From Nitrosopumilus sp. (GTDB lineage: Archaea; Thermoproteota; Nitrososphaeria; Nitrososphaerales; Nitrosopumilaceae), in assembly GCA_965205215.1 (NCBI GenBank), contig OZ242041.1, positions 32,001-96,000 on the forward strand: DNA of 64,000 nucleotides. The letters are read 5' to 3'. The translations under genes were made by a program, and so were the position numbers. Every line of letters begins with the position of its first letter. The first letter of the stretch is position 1. This document shows, one piece after another, positions 29,301-36,700 of this stretch. The notes below the pieces were generated by a model. That model saw only the letters and a list, made by a program, of their open reading frames with translations. It ran no database searches and was not told the origin of the DNA.

Positions 29301-29685
29301 TATAGGAGGCCGTCGAGCCCCCGACGGGGATGGTTATCGTCTGGTCGGCGGCGGTGGTCCTCCAGGTGGTGACAAACGGGCCGGTCCCGGACTCGGCAAA
29401 CGCGTAGCCGGGCAGCAGTCCGTCCCCGGCCAAATCCAGCGCGGGCATCAGCATGGATCCGTGCCCCGCCGGATGCGGCGCCGTGTGCGGCCCAAGATCC
29501 TGCTGCGTCAGCAGGTAACCCGCAGACGCGGCTGCCAGCAGCAGCAGCGCCGCCGCCAGCACGGCCATCATCAGGAGTCCCGACGTGCCGCTGCGCCCCT
29601 GTCCCGGCCGCGCGCGCCAGGCCGCCTGCCGGCGCCGCGGACGCGGGATCGCCGCGCGGTTTGATCCAAAATGCGTTATGTTCAT
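14149..29685 (-). CDS. Giant surface protein C (~5180 aa): three DUF285/BspA-like modules, 21 tandem PKD-like repeats plus further PKD-like, Ig-like and FN3-like domains
   Basis: The 5194-aa ORF opens at 29733. The ATG at 29685 (MNITHF) is preferred because the 29733 start lies inside the putative invertible segment, but the start is uncertain. Hydrophobic leader MMAVLAAALLLLAAASAG. The stop overlaps the start of B (ATGA). Confidence 0.88.
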   Translation of the reverse strand: MNITHFGSNRAAIPRPRRRQAAWRARPGQGRSGTSGLLMMAVLAAALLLLAAASAGYLLTQQDLGPHTAPHPAGHGSMLMPALDLAGDGLLPGYAFAESGTGPFVTTWRTTAADQTITIPVGGSTASYNIDWGDGTVQTGVSGDQTHTYGQPGNHTVSITGGFERISLAGDRANAASLASIDQWGAISWTDMDGAFAGAANMVYRAADAPDLTGVDSTVSMFNGASSFDGNLSSWDVSGVTDMRSMFAGASSFDGDLSAWDVSGVTDMGNMFSGASSFDQDVSGWDVSQVTSMAIMFAGASSFDQDISGWDVGAVTETFAMFDGASSFDQDVSGWDVSSVLYMEYMFNRASSFNQDVSGWDVSSVLYMDNMFSGATLFDQDLGPWYVTLDGHALAAGGAVGTISPQNEYLAGHRPAYAVDPAGPNSDKFEVDADGVLRLRPGLGLEAGEHQVRILAAGVYFGADPATRTVTVTSTEPELASAAYATGDGRLTITFSEPLNGTANHDRLHVREQGRDAGGVRLDGAQAGPASGATLTFVLADAQRSEVAAMSAPQLDVDEDAVFGLSGRGIAGTADRPIDVLHTAAPTADAGADLTAAEGSGVTLEGAATGSDYYAPAYRWTHDRPDLGIAVSGADTLSPSFTAPNVTADTPVSFTLTVTDSLGAAASDTALVTILNDPANDPSDTVVLEPPGPPGPRDIGRITLSSSVPGALEASWEEPSDSPANYRISWARAGESYRGFEDLSGNAYPTEPRHTITGLEEGQPYKVKMRAVYNGASGAWSGDAIITVAGSARGHPTVGAGADQTVAEGSEVFLAGTASGAYPGDVLAYSWTHDRPDLGIALDDAAALSTSFAAPRLYAGNATVTFTLSATDQYNATGSDAAVVTILNDPANDPPVNTAVLEPSGPPGPRDIGRITLSSSAPGALEASWEPPTDGPADYRISWAKVGEPYRGFEDLSGNAFPAEPRHTITGLEEDQPYKVRLLARYDAGPSGAWSGDAIITVVGQVNSPPAVDAGADRTVAEGETVTLAGTATDADPGDVLAYSWTHDRPDLNVTLDDPSALSPSFAAPDVLGATAVEFTLTVTDGRATVSDTVTITIPDGANADLAADAGADLAVGEGSEVTLAGSASGSEYALAYSWTHDRPDLGITLDDPSALSPSFAAPVVYASSTTVTFTLSVTDQYGATASDAAVVTILNDPANDPPVNTAVLEPPSPRDSRDIGRITLVSSVPGVLEASWEPPTEGPAGYRVTWAKVGESYPSFRDPDGNAYPTEPDHTITGLEAGQPYKVQVRATYSGTSGAWSGDAIITVTGSANSPPAVDAGADRTVAEGDTVTLAGTATDADPGDVLAYSWTHDRPDLGITLDDPSAPSPSFAAPDVLGATAVEFTLTVTDGTDTASDTVTITIPDGANAGLAADAGADLAVVEGSEVTLEGSASGSEYALAYSWTHDRPDLGITLDDPAAPSASFAAPRLYAGNATVTFTLSVTDSYGGAASDAAVVTILNDPANDPPVNTAVLEPSGPPGPRDIGRITLVSSVPGVLEASWEPPSEGPADYRISWARAGEPYKGFEDLSGNAFPAEPRHTITGLEEDQPYKVRLLARYDGAPSGDWSGDATVTVTGSAPANRPPAADAGPDQSVAEGDTVTLAGTASDADPGDVLDYTWTHNGTAAIQMSGAGTLSPSFVAPEVDADVTIEFTLTVTDGTSTISDTVTITIADVPPAARDVLDGHSFVTTWRTTAPGEQVSIPVGGSTAAYDIDWGDGTVQTGVSGDRTHAYGQPGNHTISITGGFERISLAGDPANAARLASIDQWGDIPWTTMDRAFMGASNMAYRAADAPDLSGAGSTASMFSGASSFDGDVSGWDVSGIADMSYMFYGASSFDGDVSGWDVSAVTDMSGMFSGASSFDGNVSGWDVSAVTSMPAMFSGASSFDRDVSGWDVSAVTNMNAMFSGASSFDGNVSGWDVSAVTNMNIMFYGASSFDGDVSGWDVSAVTSMSGMFDGASSFDRDVSGWDVSAVTDTSYMFSGASSFDQDISPWNVSAAADMSSMFDGATLFDQDLGPWYVTLDGHTIAASDGAAGTILPQNGYLAGHNPAYTVDPAGPNSDKFEVDADGVLRLRPGLGLEAGEHQVRIRADGADFGADPATGTVTVATAGILPNNPPAVEAGPDQSVTEGETVALAGTATDADPEDVLAYAWTRNGTLAITLDGGDTPTPSFTAPNVDSDVPVEFTLTVTDGLSTTSDTMTVTISDSANSPPAADAGSDQSVAEGSEVTLTGTSSDADPEDTLAYTWTHNGTLAITLDDAAALSTSFTAPNVVSATPVEFTLTVTDGTSTTSDTMTVTISDSANSPPAVDAGADQSVAEGSEVTLTGTSSDADPEDVLAYAWTHNGTLAITLDDAAALSTSFTAPNVVSATPVEFTLTVTDGTSTTSDTMTVTISDSANSPPAADAGSDQSVAEGSEVTLTGTATDADPEDTLDYAWTHNGSSTITLDGGDTLSPSFTAPNVVSDVPVEFTLTVTDGTSTTSDTMTVTISDSANSPPAADAGSDQSVAEGDTVTLAGTATDADPEDTLAYSWTHNGSSTITLDGGDTLSPSFTAPNVVSATPVEFTLTVTDGTSTTSDTMTVTISDSANSPPAADAGSDQSVAEGSEVTLTGTATDADPEDTLVYTWTHNGTLAITLDDAAALSTSFTAPNVVSATPVEFTLTVTDGTSTTSDTMTVTISDSANSPPAADAGSDQSVAEGDTVTLAGTATDADPEDTLVYTWTHNGTLAITLDDAAALSTSFTAPNVVSATPVEFTLTVTDGTSTTSDTMTVTIEDSANSPPAVEAGPDQSVAEGDTVTLAGTATDADPEDTLAYTWTHNGTLAITLDDAAALSPSFTAPNVVSATPVEFTLTVTDGTSTTSDTMTVTISDSANSPPAVDAGADQSVAEGSEVTLTGTSSDADPEDTLVYTWTHNGTLAITLDDAAALSTSFTAPNVVSATPVEFTLTVTDGTSTTSDTMTVTISDSANSPPAADAGSDQSVAEGSEVTLTGTATDADPEDTLDYAWTHNGSSTITLDGGDTLSPSFTAPNVVSATPVEFTLTVTDGTSTTSDTMTVTIEDSANSPPAVEAGPDQSVAEGDTVTLAGTATDADPEDTLAYTWTHNGTLAITLDDAAALSPSFTAPNVVSDVPVEFTLTVTDGTSTTSDTMTVTISDSANSPPAVDAGADQSVAEGSEVTLTGTATDADPEDTLDYAWTHNGTLAITLDDAAALSPSFTAPNVVSDVPVEFTLTVTDGTSTTSDTMTVTISDSANSPPAVDAGADQSVAEGSEVTLTGTATDADPEDTLDYAWTHNGTLAITLDDAAALSPSFTAPNVVSDVPVEFTLTVTDGTSTTSDTMTVTISDSANSPPAVDAGADQSVAEGSEVTLTGTATDADPEDTLDYAWTHNGTLAITLDDAAALSPSFTAPNVVSDTPVEFTLTVTDGTSTISDTMTVTISDSANSPPAVEAGPDQSVAEGDTVTLAGTATDADPEDTLAYSWTHNGSSTITLDGGDTPTPSFTAPNVVSDTPVEFTLTVTDGTSTTSDTMTVTISDSANSPPAADAGSDQSVAEGSEVTLTGTATDADPEDVLAYAWTHNGSSTITLDGGDTPTPSFTAPNVVSATPVEFTLTVTDGTSTTSDTMTVTISDSANSPPAADAGSDQSVAEGSEVTLTGTATDADPEDVLAYAWTHNGTLAITLDGGDTLSPSFTAPNVVSDTPVVFTLTVTDGTSTTSDTMTVTISDSANSPPAADAGSDQSVAEGSEVTLTGTATDADPEDVLAYAWTHNGTLAITLDGGDTLSPSFTAPNVVSATPVEFTLTVTDGTSTTSDTMTVTISDSANSPPAADAGSDQSVAEGSEVTLTGTATDADPEDVLAYAWTHNGTLAITLDGGDTLSPSFTAPNVVSDTPVVFTLTVTDGTSTISDTMTVTISDSANSPPAADAGSDQSVAEGSEVTLTGTATDADPEDVLAYAWTHNGTLAITLDGGDTLSPSFTAPNVVSATPVEFTLTVTDGTSTTSDTMTVTISDSANSPPAADAGSDQSVAEGSEVTLTGTATDADPEDVLAYAWTHNGTLAITLDGGDTLSPSFTAPNVVSDTPVVFTLTVTDGTSTTSDTMTVTISDSANTDPAQARGAPDGSSFVTTWRTTQPGESITIPASGQYTISWGDGQVDTGVSGTRTHSYDVPGTYTVSISDGITRIVLDGHPDAKKLVSIEQWGSARWESMDSAFAWAANMVYRATDVPNLSRVTDMDRMFHRAASFNGDISDWDVSAATTMSAMFRSASSFDQPLNAWDVSSVTDMSDMFAGARSFDQPLNAWDVSSVTDMSAMFVSARSFDQPLNAWDVSSVTDMSRMFHASSFDQDISSWDVSSVTDMSHMFDIADSFDQPLNAWDVSAATTMSGMFLHADSFDQPLNAWDVSSVTDMSAMFAGATSFNGDISSWDVSGVASTAGMFDSAASFNGDISDWDVSAAADMSDMFRGAASFNGDISDWDVSAATTMMRMFAGASSFDQPLNAWDVSAAADLFGMFGRASSFNQDLSAWDVSAAADMSHMFTGASSFDQNLGSWYIVLDGAAARDGDEALTVGHISAQNAFLDGQGPTYGLGPDADSSSFEIENSTLRLKPAPDGHAKSSYTVTITSTGDFGAGNSRTLEVTVPGPPANRQPTADAGPDLAVAEGDTVTLAGTAADADPGDVLVYSWTHNGTLAIQVAGSDTLTPSFTAPPVDSDVPVEFTLTVTDGTAASTDTATVTVSDVPAVSLPPTADAGPDLTVAEGSAVTLSGIAIHAGDRPATYSWSHDSALGIPITGSDTLTPSFTAPNVDSDTAVTFTLSVTDPRNATATDSVIITIADGANSPPTAGAGSDRAVAEGNAVALAGTAYDADPGDTLAYTWTHDSALGIPITGSDTLAPSFVAPLVDADTPVTFTLSVTDTRNATATATVIITITDIPPSSVPGSPRGLSVSPAASGTLDVSWQPPPSDGGERITGYTVQWKEGAGSWDAPADIGQATVTGTAHSITGLADGTPYAVRVIAINAVGSGEPSPEAAATPRDPRHVGGITLSSTQPGTILASWDAPAEAPRDYRVSWAKAGDPYLTWTDLTGNAFPTEPSWTITGLEEDEEYKVKVRARYDGGGGPGDWSVEATIRVAGSGQG
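17231..23215. repeat. 21 tandem 285-bp repeats (95-aa PKD-like domains) in gene C
   Basis: TTGGCGCTGTCC recurs every 285 bp from 17231 to 22931. Confidence 0.93.
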
Positions 29686-29690
29686 TTTAT

Positions 29691-29718
29691 GGCTTTCATA
29701 ATGCCCATTATGATGCGG
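29691..29718 (+). promoter_or_regulatory. dif-like site L: GGCTTTCATAA-TGCCCA-TTATGATGCGG
   Basis: 11-6-11 layout with a CATAA-N6-TTATG core, as in E. coli dif (GGTGCGCATAA-TGTATA-TTATGTTAAAT). Function is inferred. Confidence 0.6.
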
Positions 29719-29839
29719 GATTTGGAACCACATGCAGGTCCGGCGGGTTCATCACATTCGAAATCCTGCATCATAACGCGCGGGGGCGGGCAGCCCACTT
29801 CGTAATGTTTTTATGTATTTTATGCAAACGTTCAACATC

Positions 29840-29867
29840 GTGTATGATAATGGGCATTATGACGCCA
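29840..29867 (-). promoter_or_regulatory. dif-like site R (inverted): TGGCGTCATAA-TGCCCA-TTATCATACAC on the minus strand
   Basis: 29847-29862 is the exact reverse complement of 29696-29711. Same 6-bp spacer as site L, opposite orientation. Confidence 0.6.
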
Positions 29868-30339
29868 AAATAGAGCTATAGTGCCGGATATATTGCATAA
29901 TTCACGTCCATAACCATGGCCGGGATCAAAAGCCCTCAAGGGACAGACCTGCCAAGCAGAGGCGGACTTTGATCCTTTTTTCTCCCCTTCTCACCTTCTC
30001 CCCTTCTCTCCCCCTCCCCCCCCCCCCACTCCCCGTACCACGCACGGCATGGCAGCGGCCAAGGCGGCCGGACCCGCGGCGCCGGCAGAGGACGGGGCCT
30101 CTCCCATGCACGGCGCCGGGTCCGGGCGCAGGTACCTCCCCCCTGCGCGGAGGGACGGCCGCCCCATGCACGAAAAACCAGAGGGGCGACGGCATGCGGC
30201 GCCGTACCGGCGGCGGCATGCGGCTCCCCGGGGCACGCGGCGCAGGGTTCGGCACGAAGGCACTCATCCGGTATGTCGCAGAAGTGAAGCGGCGGTTCGG
30301 AAATGGGCGCGGTCCCGGACGGGGCGCCCCACTCCCCAC

Positions 30340-30716
30340 CTACGCGCGCGCGAGCTGCAAATGACGCGCCGCATGCGGCGCGTTGCGCAGCCTGCTGCCC
30401 GGATGCGCGCGGGGGCGCTTCCCAGCTGGGCCCGCCAGGCCGCAGCCCGGCAGGGTGGCGGCTTCCCATGATTGAACCGCACAACAGAAATAAACATGAT
30501 GGGCAAGAGTCTGGCATATGATCCGGGCGCAAAGGGCCCCGCTGCCTGGCGGCGCGGGTACAGGGGCGCTGCTGGTGCCCCTGGCGGTGGCAGTCGCGCT
30601 GACGGCAGTGGTTCTGGGGACGGCGCAGCCATACTTGCACAGCCTGTCCGGGGATGTCGACGCGCCATACCCGGACACGCCGGCCGCCGCCCCCGGGTGG
30701 CACGCCTTCGCGCAGT
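30340..30716. repeat. Upstream region + leader repeat of gene D (copy at ~42420-42805 before gene E)
   Basis: Shared GCAAATGACGCG...AGAAATAAACATGATGGGCAA...CACGCCTTCGCGCAGTCC. Ends approximate. Confidence 0.85.
30486..30496 (+). promoter_or_regulatory. Putative TATA-like element of gene D (same motif at ~42575-42585 for gene E)
   Basis: AGAAATAAAC lies ~25-30 nt upstream of the ATG in both paralogs, the spacing expected for leaderless archaeal transcripts. Weak match to consensus. Confidence 0.4.
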
Positions 30717-33700
30717 CCGTCCAGGCCGTGCTGGACCTGAGGCCGGCCGGCCACATCTCCGACGGCGATCCCGGCGCCCCGGAGCTCGACGGCGCGACAG
30801 ACATAGCCACATTCGAGACCGGCGGGCACGTCTACGCGGCCGTCGCGTCGTTTGACGACGACGGCGTCCAGATCCTCAACGTCACCGACCCGGCCAACGT
30901 CTCCGGGGTCGGTAGCATCACCGACGGCGATCCCGGCACCCCGGAGCTTGACACCGCAAGCGGCATCGCCACCTTCGAGGCCGGCGGGCACGTCTACGCG
31001 GCCGTCGCGTCAGACGCCGACGACGGCGTGCAGATCCTCAACCTCACCGACCCGGCCAACATCGCCGGGGTCGGCAGCGTCAACGACGGCGATCCCGGCG
31101 TCCCGGAGCTCGACGGCGCCCGCGGCATCGCCACATTCGAGACCGGCGGGCGCGTCTACGCGGCCGTCGCCGCGTCCGGCGACGACGCGGTCCAGATCCT
31201 CGACCTCACCGACCCGGCCAACGTCTCCGGGGCCGGCAGCATCACCGACGGAGATCCCGGCGCCCCGGCGCTCAACGGCGCAAGCGACATCGACACATTC
31301 GAGACCGGCGGGCACGTCTACGCGGCCGTCGCGTCAGACTACGACGATGCCGTCCAGATCCTCAACCTCACCGACCCGGCCAACATAGCCGGGACCGACA
31401 GCATCGCCGACGGCGATCCGGGCGGCCCGAGCATCGGCGGCGCGCTGGGCATCGCCACATTCGAGACCGGCGGGCACGTCTACGCGGCCGTCGCGTCGTT
31501 TGACGACGACGCAGTCCAGATCCTCAACGTCACCGACCCGGCCAACATCTCCGTGGCCGGCAGCATCGCCGACGGCGATCCCGGCGCCCCGGCGCTCAAC
31601 GGCGCGTTCGGCATCGCCACCTTCGAGATCGGAGAGCGGCACGTCTACGCGGCCGTCGCGTCAATCTACGATGATGCCGTCCAGATCCTCAACCTCACCG
31701 ACCCGGCCAACATCACCGGGGCCGGCCACGTCGCCGACGGCGATCCCGGCGCCCATGAGCTCGACGGCGCAAGCGACGTCACCACCTTTGAGACCGGCGG
31801 CCGCACCTACGCGGCCGTCACGTCATCCCGCGACAACGGAGTCCAGATCGTCCAGCTGGCCGCCGCGCGCGCCCCGCCGGCCGTCGACGCCGGCCCCGAC
31901 CAGGCCGTCCGGGAGGGAACCGAGGTCGCGCTCAACGGAACTGCCTCCGGCCCGGATCCCGGCGACAGCATCTCCTACCTGTGGAGCCACGACCGGCCCG
32001 ACCTGAACGTCACGCTGGCCGACCCGGCGGCCCTGTCGACCACGTTTACGGCCCCGCAGGTGGACACCAGCACCAACACCAGCACCACCATAACCTTTAC
32101 GCTGACGGCCACAGACAGGCACAACGCGACCGCCTCGGACGCCGCCACGGTCACCGTCCTGGACACCCCGCCCAACCGGCCGCCGGCCGCCGACGCCGGC
32201 CCCGACCAGACCGTCCGGGAGGGATCCGAGGTCTCGCTGAACGGCACCGCCACGGACCCCGACGGCGACAGCGTCTCCTACATGTGGAACCAGACCTCGG
32301 GCCCGCCGGTGGAACTGCTGGGGGCCGACACGCCGTCCCCCTCGTTCACGGCGCCCGAGGTCTCCTCCGACGCGGTGCTCGCCTTCGAGATGGCCGCCGG
32401 CGACGGCCTTGACAGCACCACCGACACCGTCCGGGTGACGGTGCGCGACGCGCCGGACGCCTCCCACTTTGTCACCACCTGGAAGACGAAGACCGCCGGC
32501 GAGTCCATAACCATCCCGGCGGGCGGAACCGGCGGCGCCTACACCGTCGACTGGGGCGACGGGACCGTCGACGAGGGCGTCTCGGGGAGCCGGACGCACT
32601 CGTATGACGGGGCCGGCACCCACACGGTCAGCATATCGGGAGACTTTTCAAGGATCAGCCTCGGCGGCAGCCCGGCCAACGCGAAAAAGCTGCAGTCGAT
32701 AGAGCAGTGGGGGGACGTACAGTGGAAGTCTATGAGATCGGCGTTTGCCGGGGCCTCGAACATGGCCTACCGCGCGACCGACGCCCCGGACCTCTCGCGG
32801 GTGGCAGACACGTCCCAGATGTTCGCCTACGCATCCTCCTTTGACGGCGACATATCAGGCTGGGACGTCTCGCGGGTGACAGACATGACTGCCATGTTCC
32901 AGGACGCCTCCTCGTTCGACGGCGACCTGTCATCCTGGAACGTCTCGCGCGTGACAGACATGGGCTACATGTTCTACGGCGCCTCCTCGTTTGACGGCGA
33001 CATATCCGGCTGGGACGTCTCGCGGGTGACAGACATGGACTACATGTTCACCGACGCCACCTCGTTTGACGGCGACATCTCCGGCTGGGACGTCTCGCGC
33101 GTGACCCGCATGAGCTACATGTTCTACGGCGCCACCTCGTTTGACCAGAACCTCGGCGCCTGGTACATCACCCTTGACAGCACCGCCATCGGCCACGGCG
33201 ACATCCCCGGGACGGTCGGCGGCATCGCCGCCCAGAACGCCCCGCTCAGCAGGCAGAACCCCGCCTACGGGATAGGCTCCGGCGGCGACTCGAGCCTCTT
33301 TGAGATCAACGGCACCGGCCTGGTACTGACGGCCGCCCCGGACCGCCCGGCGGATCCCCCCTACACCGTCAACGTGACCGCCACCGGCAGCTTCGGCTCC
33401 AACAACAACCACCGCGTCATCGAGGTGTCCATCGCAAGCCTCCCGCTCACCGCCGGCGCCGGCCCCGACCAGGCGGTTACGGAAGGGCGCCCCGTGCACC
33501 TGAACGGCACGGCCGTCTACGGCGGGCCGGCGGACAGGCCGGCCTACCTGTGGACGCACGACCGGCCCGACCTGAACGTCACGCTGGCCGACCCGGCGGC
33601 CCTGTCGACCACGTTTACGGCCCCGCAGGTCGACTCCAACACCACCATAACATTTACCCTGACGGCCACCGGCCGCCACAACGCGACCGCCACGGACGCC

Positions 33701-36700
33701 GCCACGGTCACCGTCATGGACACCCCGCCGAACCGGCCGCCCACGGCCGACGCAGGGCCGGACCGGTCAGTCGAGGAGGGGGCCGCGGTGACGCTTGCCG
33801 GCGGCGCCACGGACCCCGACGGCGACAGCGTCTCCTACCTGTGGAACCAGACCTCGGGCCCGCCGGTAGTGGAACTGCGGGGGGCCGACACGCCGTCCCC
33901 CTCGTTCACGGCGCCCGAGGTCGCCTCCGACGCGGTGCTCGCCTTTGAGATGACCGCCGGCGACGGCATGCACAACTCCACCGACGCGGTCCGGGTGACG
34001 GTGCGCGACGTGCCGGAGAGCTCCCACTTTGTCACCACCTGGAAGACGAAGACCGCCGGCGGGTCCATAACCATCCCGGCGGGCGGCACCTACACAGTCG
34101 ACTGGGGCGACGGGACCGTCGACCGGCGCGTCTCGGGGAGCCGGACGCACGCGTACGACGAGGCCGGCACCCACACGGTCCGCATATGGGGGGGGCTCTC
34201 AAGCATCAACCTCGGCGGCAACCCGGCCAACGCGCAAAAGCTGCAGTCTATAGAGCAGTGGGGGGACATACGGTGGAGGTCGATGGGATCGGCGTTCCAG
34301 GGCGCCTCGAACATGGTCTACCGCGCGACCGACGCCCCGGACCTCTCGCGCGTCACCGACACGTCCTTCATGTTCCGCGACGCGGCCTCCTTCAGCGGCA
34401 ACCTGTCATCCTGGGACGTCTCCTCCGTGACCAACATGGACGCGATGTTCTACCACGCCCACTCCTTCAACAGCGACCTCTCCAGTTGGAACGTCTCGCG
34501 GGTGTACGACATGAACGCAATGTTTTCCCAGGCGTACCCCTTCAACAGCGACCTCTCCGCCTGGGACGTCTCGAATGTGCTCTATATGGGCACGATGTTC
34601 TCAAGAACCTCCTTTGACGGCGACATATCAGGCTGGAACGTCTCGCGGGTGATAGACATGCACTGGATGTTCGAGGGCGCCTCCTCCTTCAACAGCGACC
34701 TCTCCGGGTGGGACGTCTCGTCTGCATACGACATGTCCAAGATGTTCTACGGCGCCTCCTCCTTCAACAGCGACCTCTCTGCCTGGAACGTATCGCGGGT
34801 GGACTCCATGTACAGGATGTTCGAGGGCGCCTCCTCCTTCAACAGCGACCTCTCTGCCTGGAACGTATCGCGGGTGTTCGACATGACAGGGATGTTCTCA
34901 GGCGCCTCCTCCTTCAACAGCGACATATCCGGCTGGAACGTATCGCGGGTGGCAGACATGCCCCAGATGTTTGCAAGGGCCTCCTCCTTCAACAGCGACC
35001 TGTCATCCTGGGACGTATCGCAGATGGACGACACGTCAAAGATGTTTGCAGGGGCCTCCTCCTTTGACGGCGACCTGTCATCATGGAACGTCTCGCGGGT
35101 GACAGACATGTCCCAGATGTTTGCAAGGGCCTCCTCCTTTGACGGCGACATATCAGGCTGGGACGTCTCGCAGGTGACAGACATGCACCGGATGTTTGCA
35201 GGGGCCTCCTCCTTTGACGGCGACCTCTCCAGTTGGAACGTCTCGCAGGTGACAGACATGTCCCAGATGTTCGAGGGCGCCGATGCCTTTGACCAGAATC
35301 TGGGCAACTGGTACATCGTGCTGGACGGCCTGCAGGCCAGCGGCGCCGATGACGGGGGGATAGTGGGGGAGATATCGGCGCAGAACGCGTTCCTTGCAGG
35401 CCAGGAACCGGCATACGGGATGGGAACGGGGGGTGACTCTAACCTGTTTGAGATAGTCAACGGCACCATCCTGAAGCTCAGGACGCCCCCGGACGATGCC
35501 CCGGCAGAAGGCCCGTATGCGGTGACCGTAACGTCCACCGGCCGCTTCGGCACCGACAACTCCCGCACGTTTGAGATTGCGCCAGCAGAGAACCCGCGCT
35601 CCCCGCCGGCCGTCGGCGCCGGCCCCGACCAGGCCGTCCGGGAGGGAACCGAGGTCGCGCTCAACGGAACTGCCTCCGACCCGGATCCCGGCGACAGCCT
35701 GGCCTACCTGTGGACGCACGACCGGCCCGGCCTTAACGTCACGCTGGCCGACCCGGCGGCCCTGTCGACCACGTTTACGGCCCCGCAGGTGGACTCCAAC
35801 ACCAACACCACCATAACATTCACGCTGACGGCCACCGACCGGCATGGCATGGCCGCCTCGGACACAGTGGCCGTCACCATACTGGACGTCCCCGCCGACG
35901 ACGACCCGCCGCTCCAGAGCAACACTGCAGTGCTGGAGGCGCAACGCAGCTTCCGCGACATAGGCAGCATCACCCTGGTCAGCTCCACACCCGGGACCAT
36001 CCAGGCGAGCTGGGTCGCCCCGGCCGAGCCGCCGGCCAACTACCGGATAACGTGGGCCAAGGCCGGCGAGGTGTTCCCGAGCTGGACGGACCAGATGGGC
36101 AACGCCTTCCCGACCGAGCCCTCCTGGACCATTACCGGCCTGGAGGGGGGCGAGAGGTACAAGGTGAAGGTGCGCGCCTCCTACTCCGGCACCGCCGGCG
36201 ACTGGAGCGGCGAGCTGGCCATCACCGTTGTGGGGGCCACGCCGGCCAACAGGCCGCCCGCCGTAGATGCCGGCCCCGACCAGGCCGCTCCGGAGGGATC
36301 GGAGGTCGCACTCAGCGGCACCGCCACCGACCCGGATCCCGGCGACAGCCTGGCCTACCTGTGGACCCACGACCAGCCGACCCTGAACGTCACGCTGGCC
36401 GACCCGGCGGCCCTGTCGACCACGTTTACGGCCCCGCAGGTGGACTCCAACACCACCATAACCCTTACGCTGACGGCCACCGACCGGCACGGCATGGCCG
36501 CCTCGGACACAGTGGCCGTCACCATACTGGACGTCCCCGCCGACGACGACGACCCGCCGCCCGCCCCAGTCGATCCTCCAGAAGACACCACCACCACCAC
36601 AGTCCTGGACCCGCCCGACCCCCGCGGCCCCCGCGACATAGGCAGGATCACCCTGGCCAGCCCCGCCCCCGGGACCATCCAGGCGGGCTGGGAGCCCCCC

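Noticed and set aside
29686-29733. Longest-ORF start of gene C at 29733
   Set aside because: It would run through the palindromic site and adds an atypical peptide. ATG 29685 is preferred but unproven.
29845-29862. Fur-box reading of TGATAATGGGCATTATGA
   Set aside because: Half-site spacing does not fit the 7-1-7 Fur box. The 6-bp-spacer dif geometry fits better, although a generic operator remains possible.
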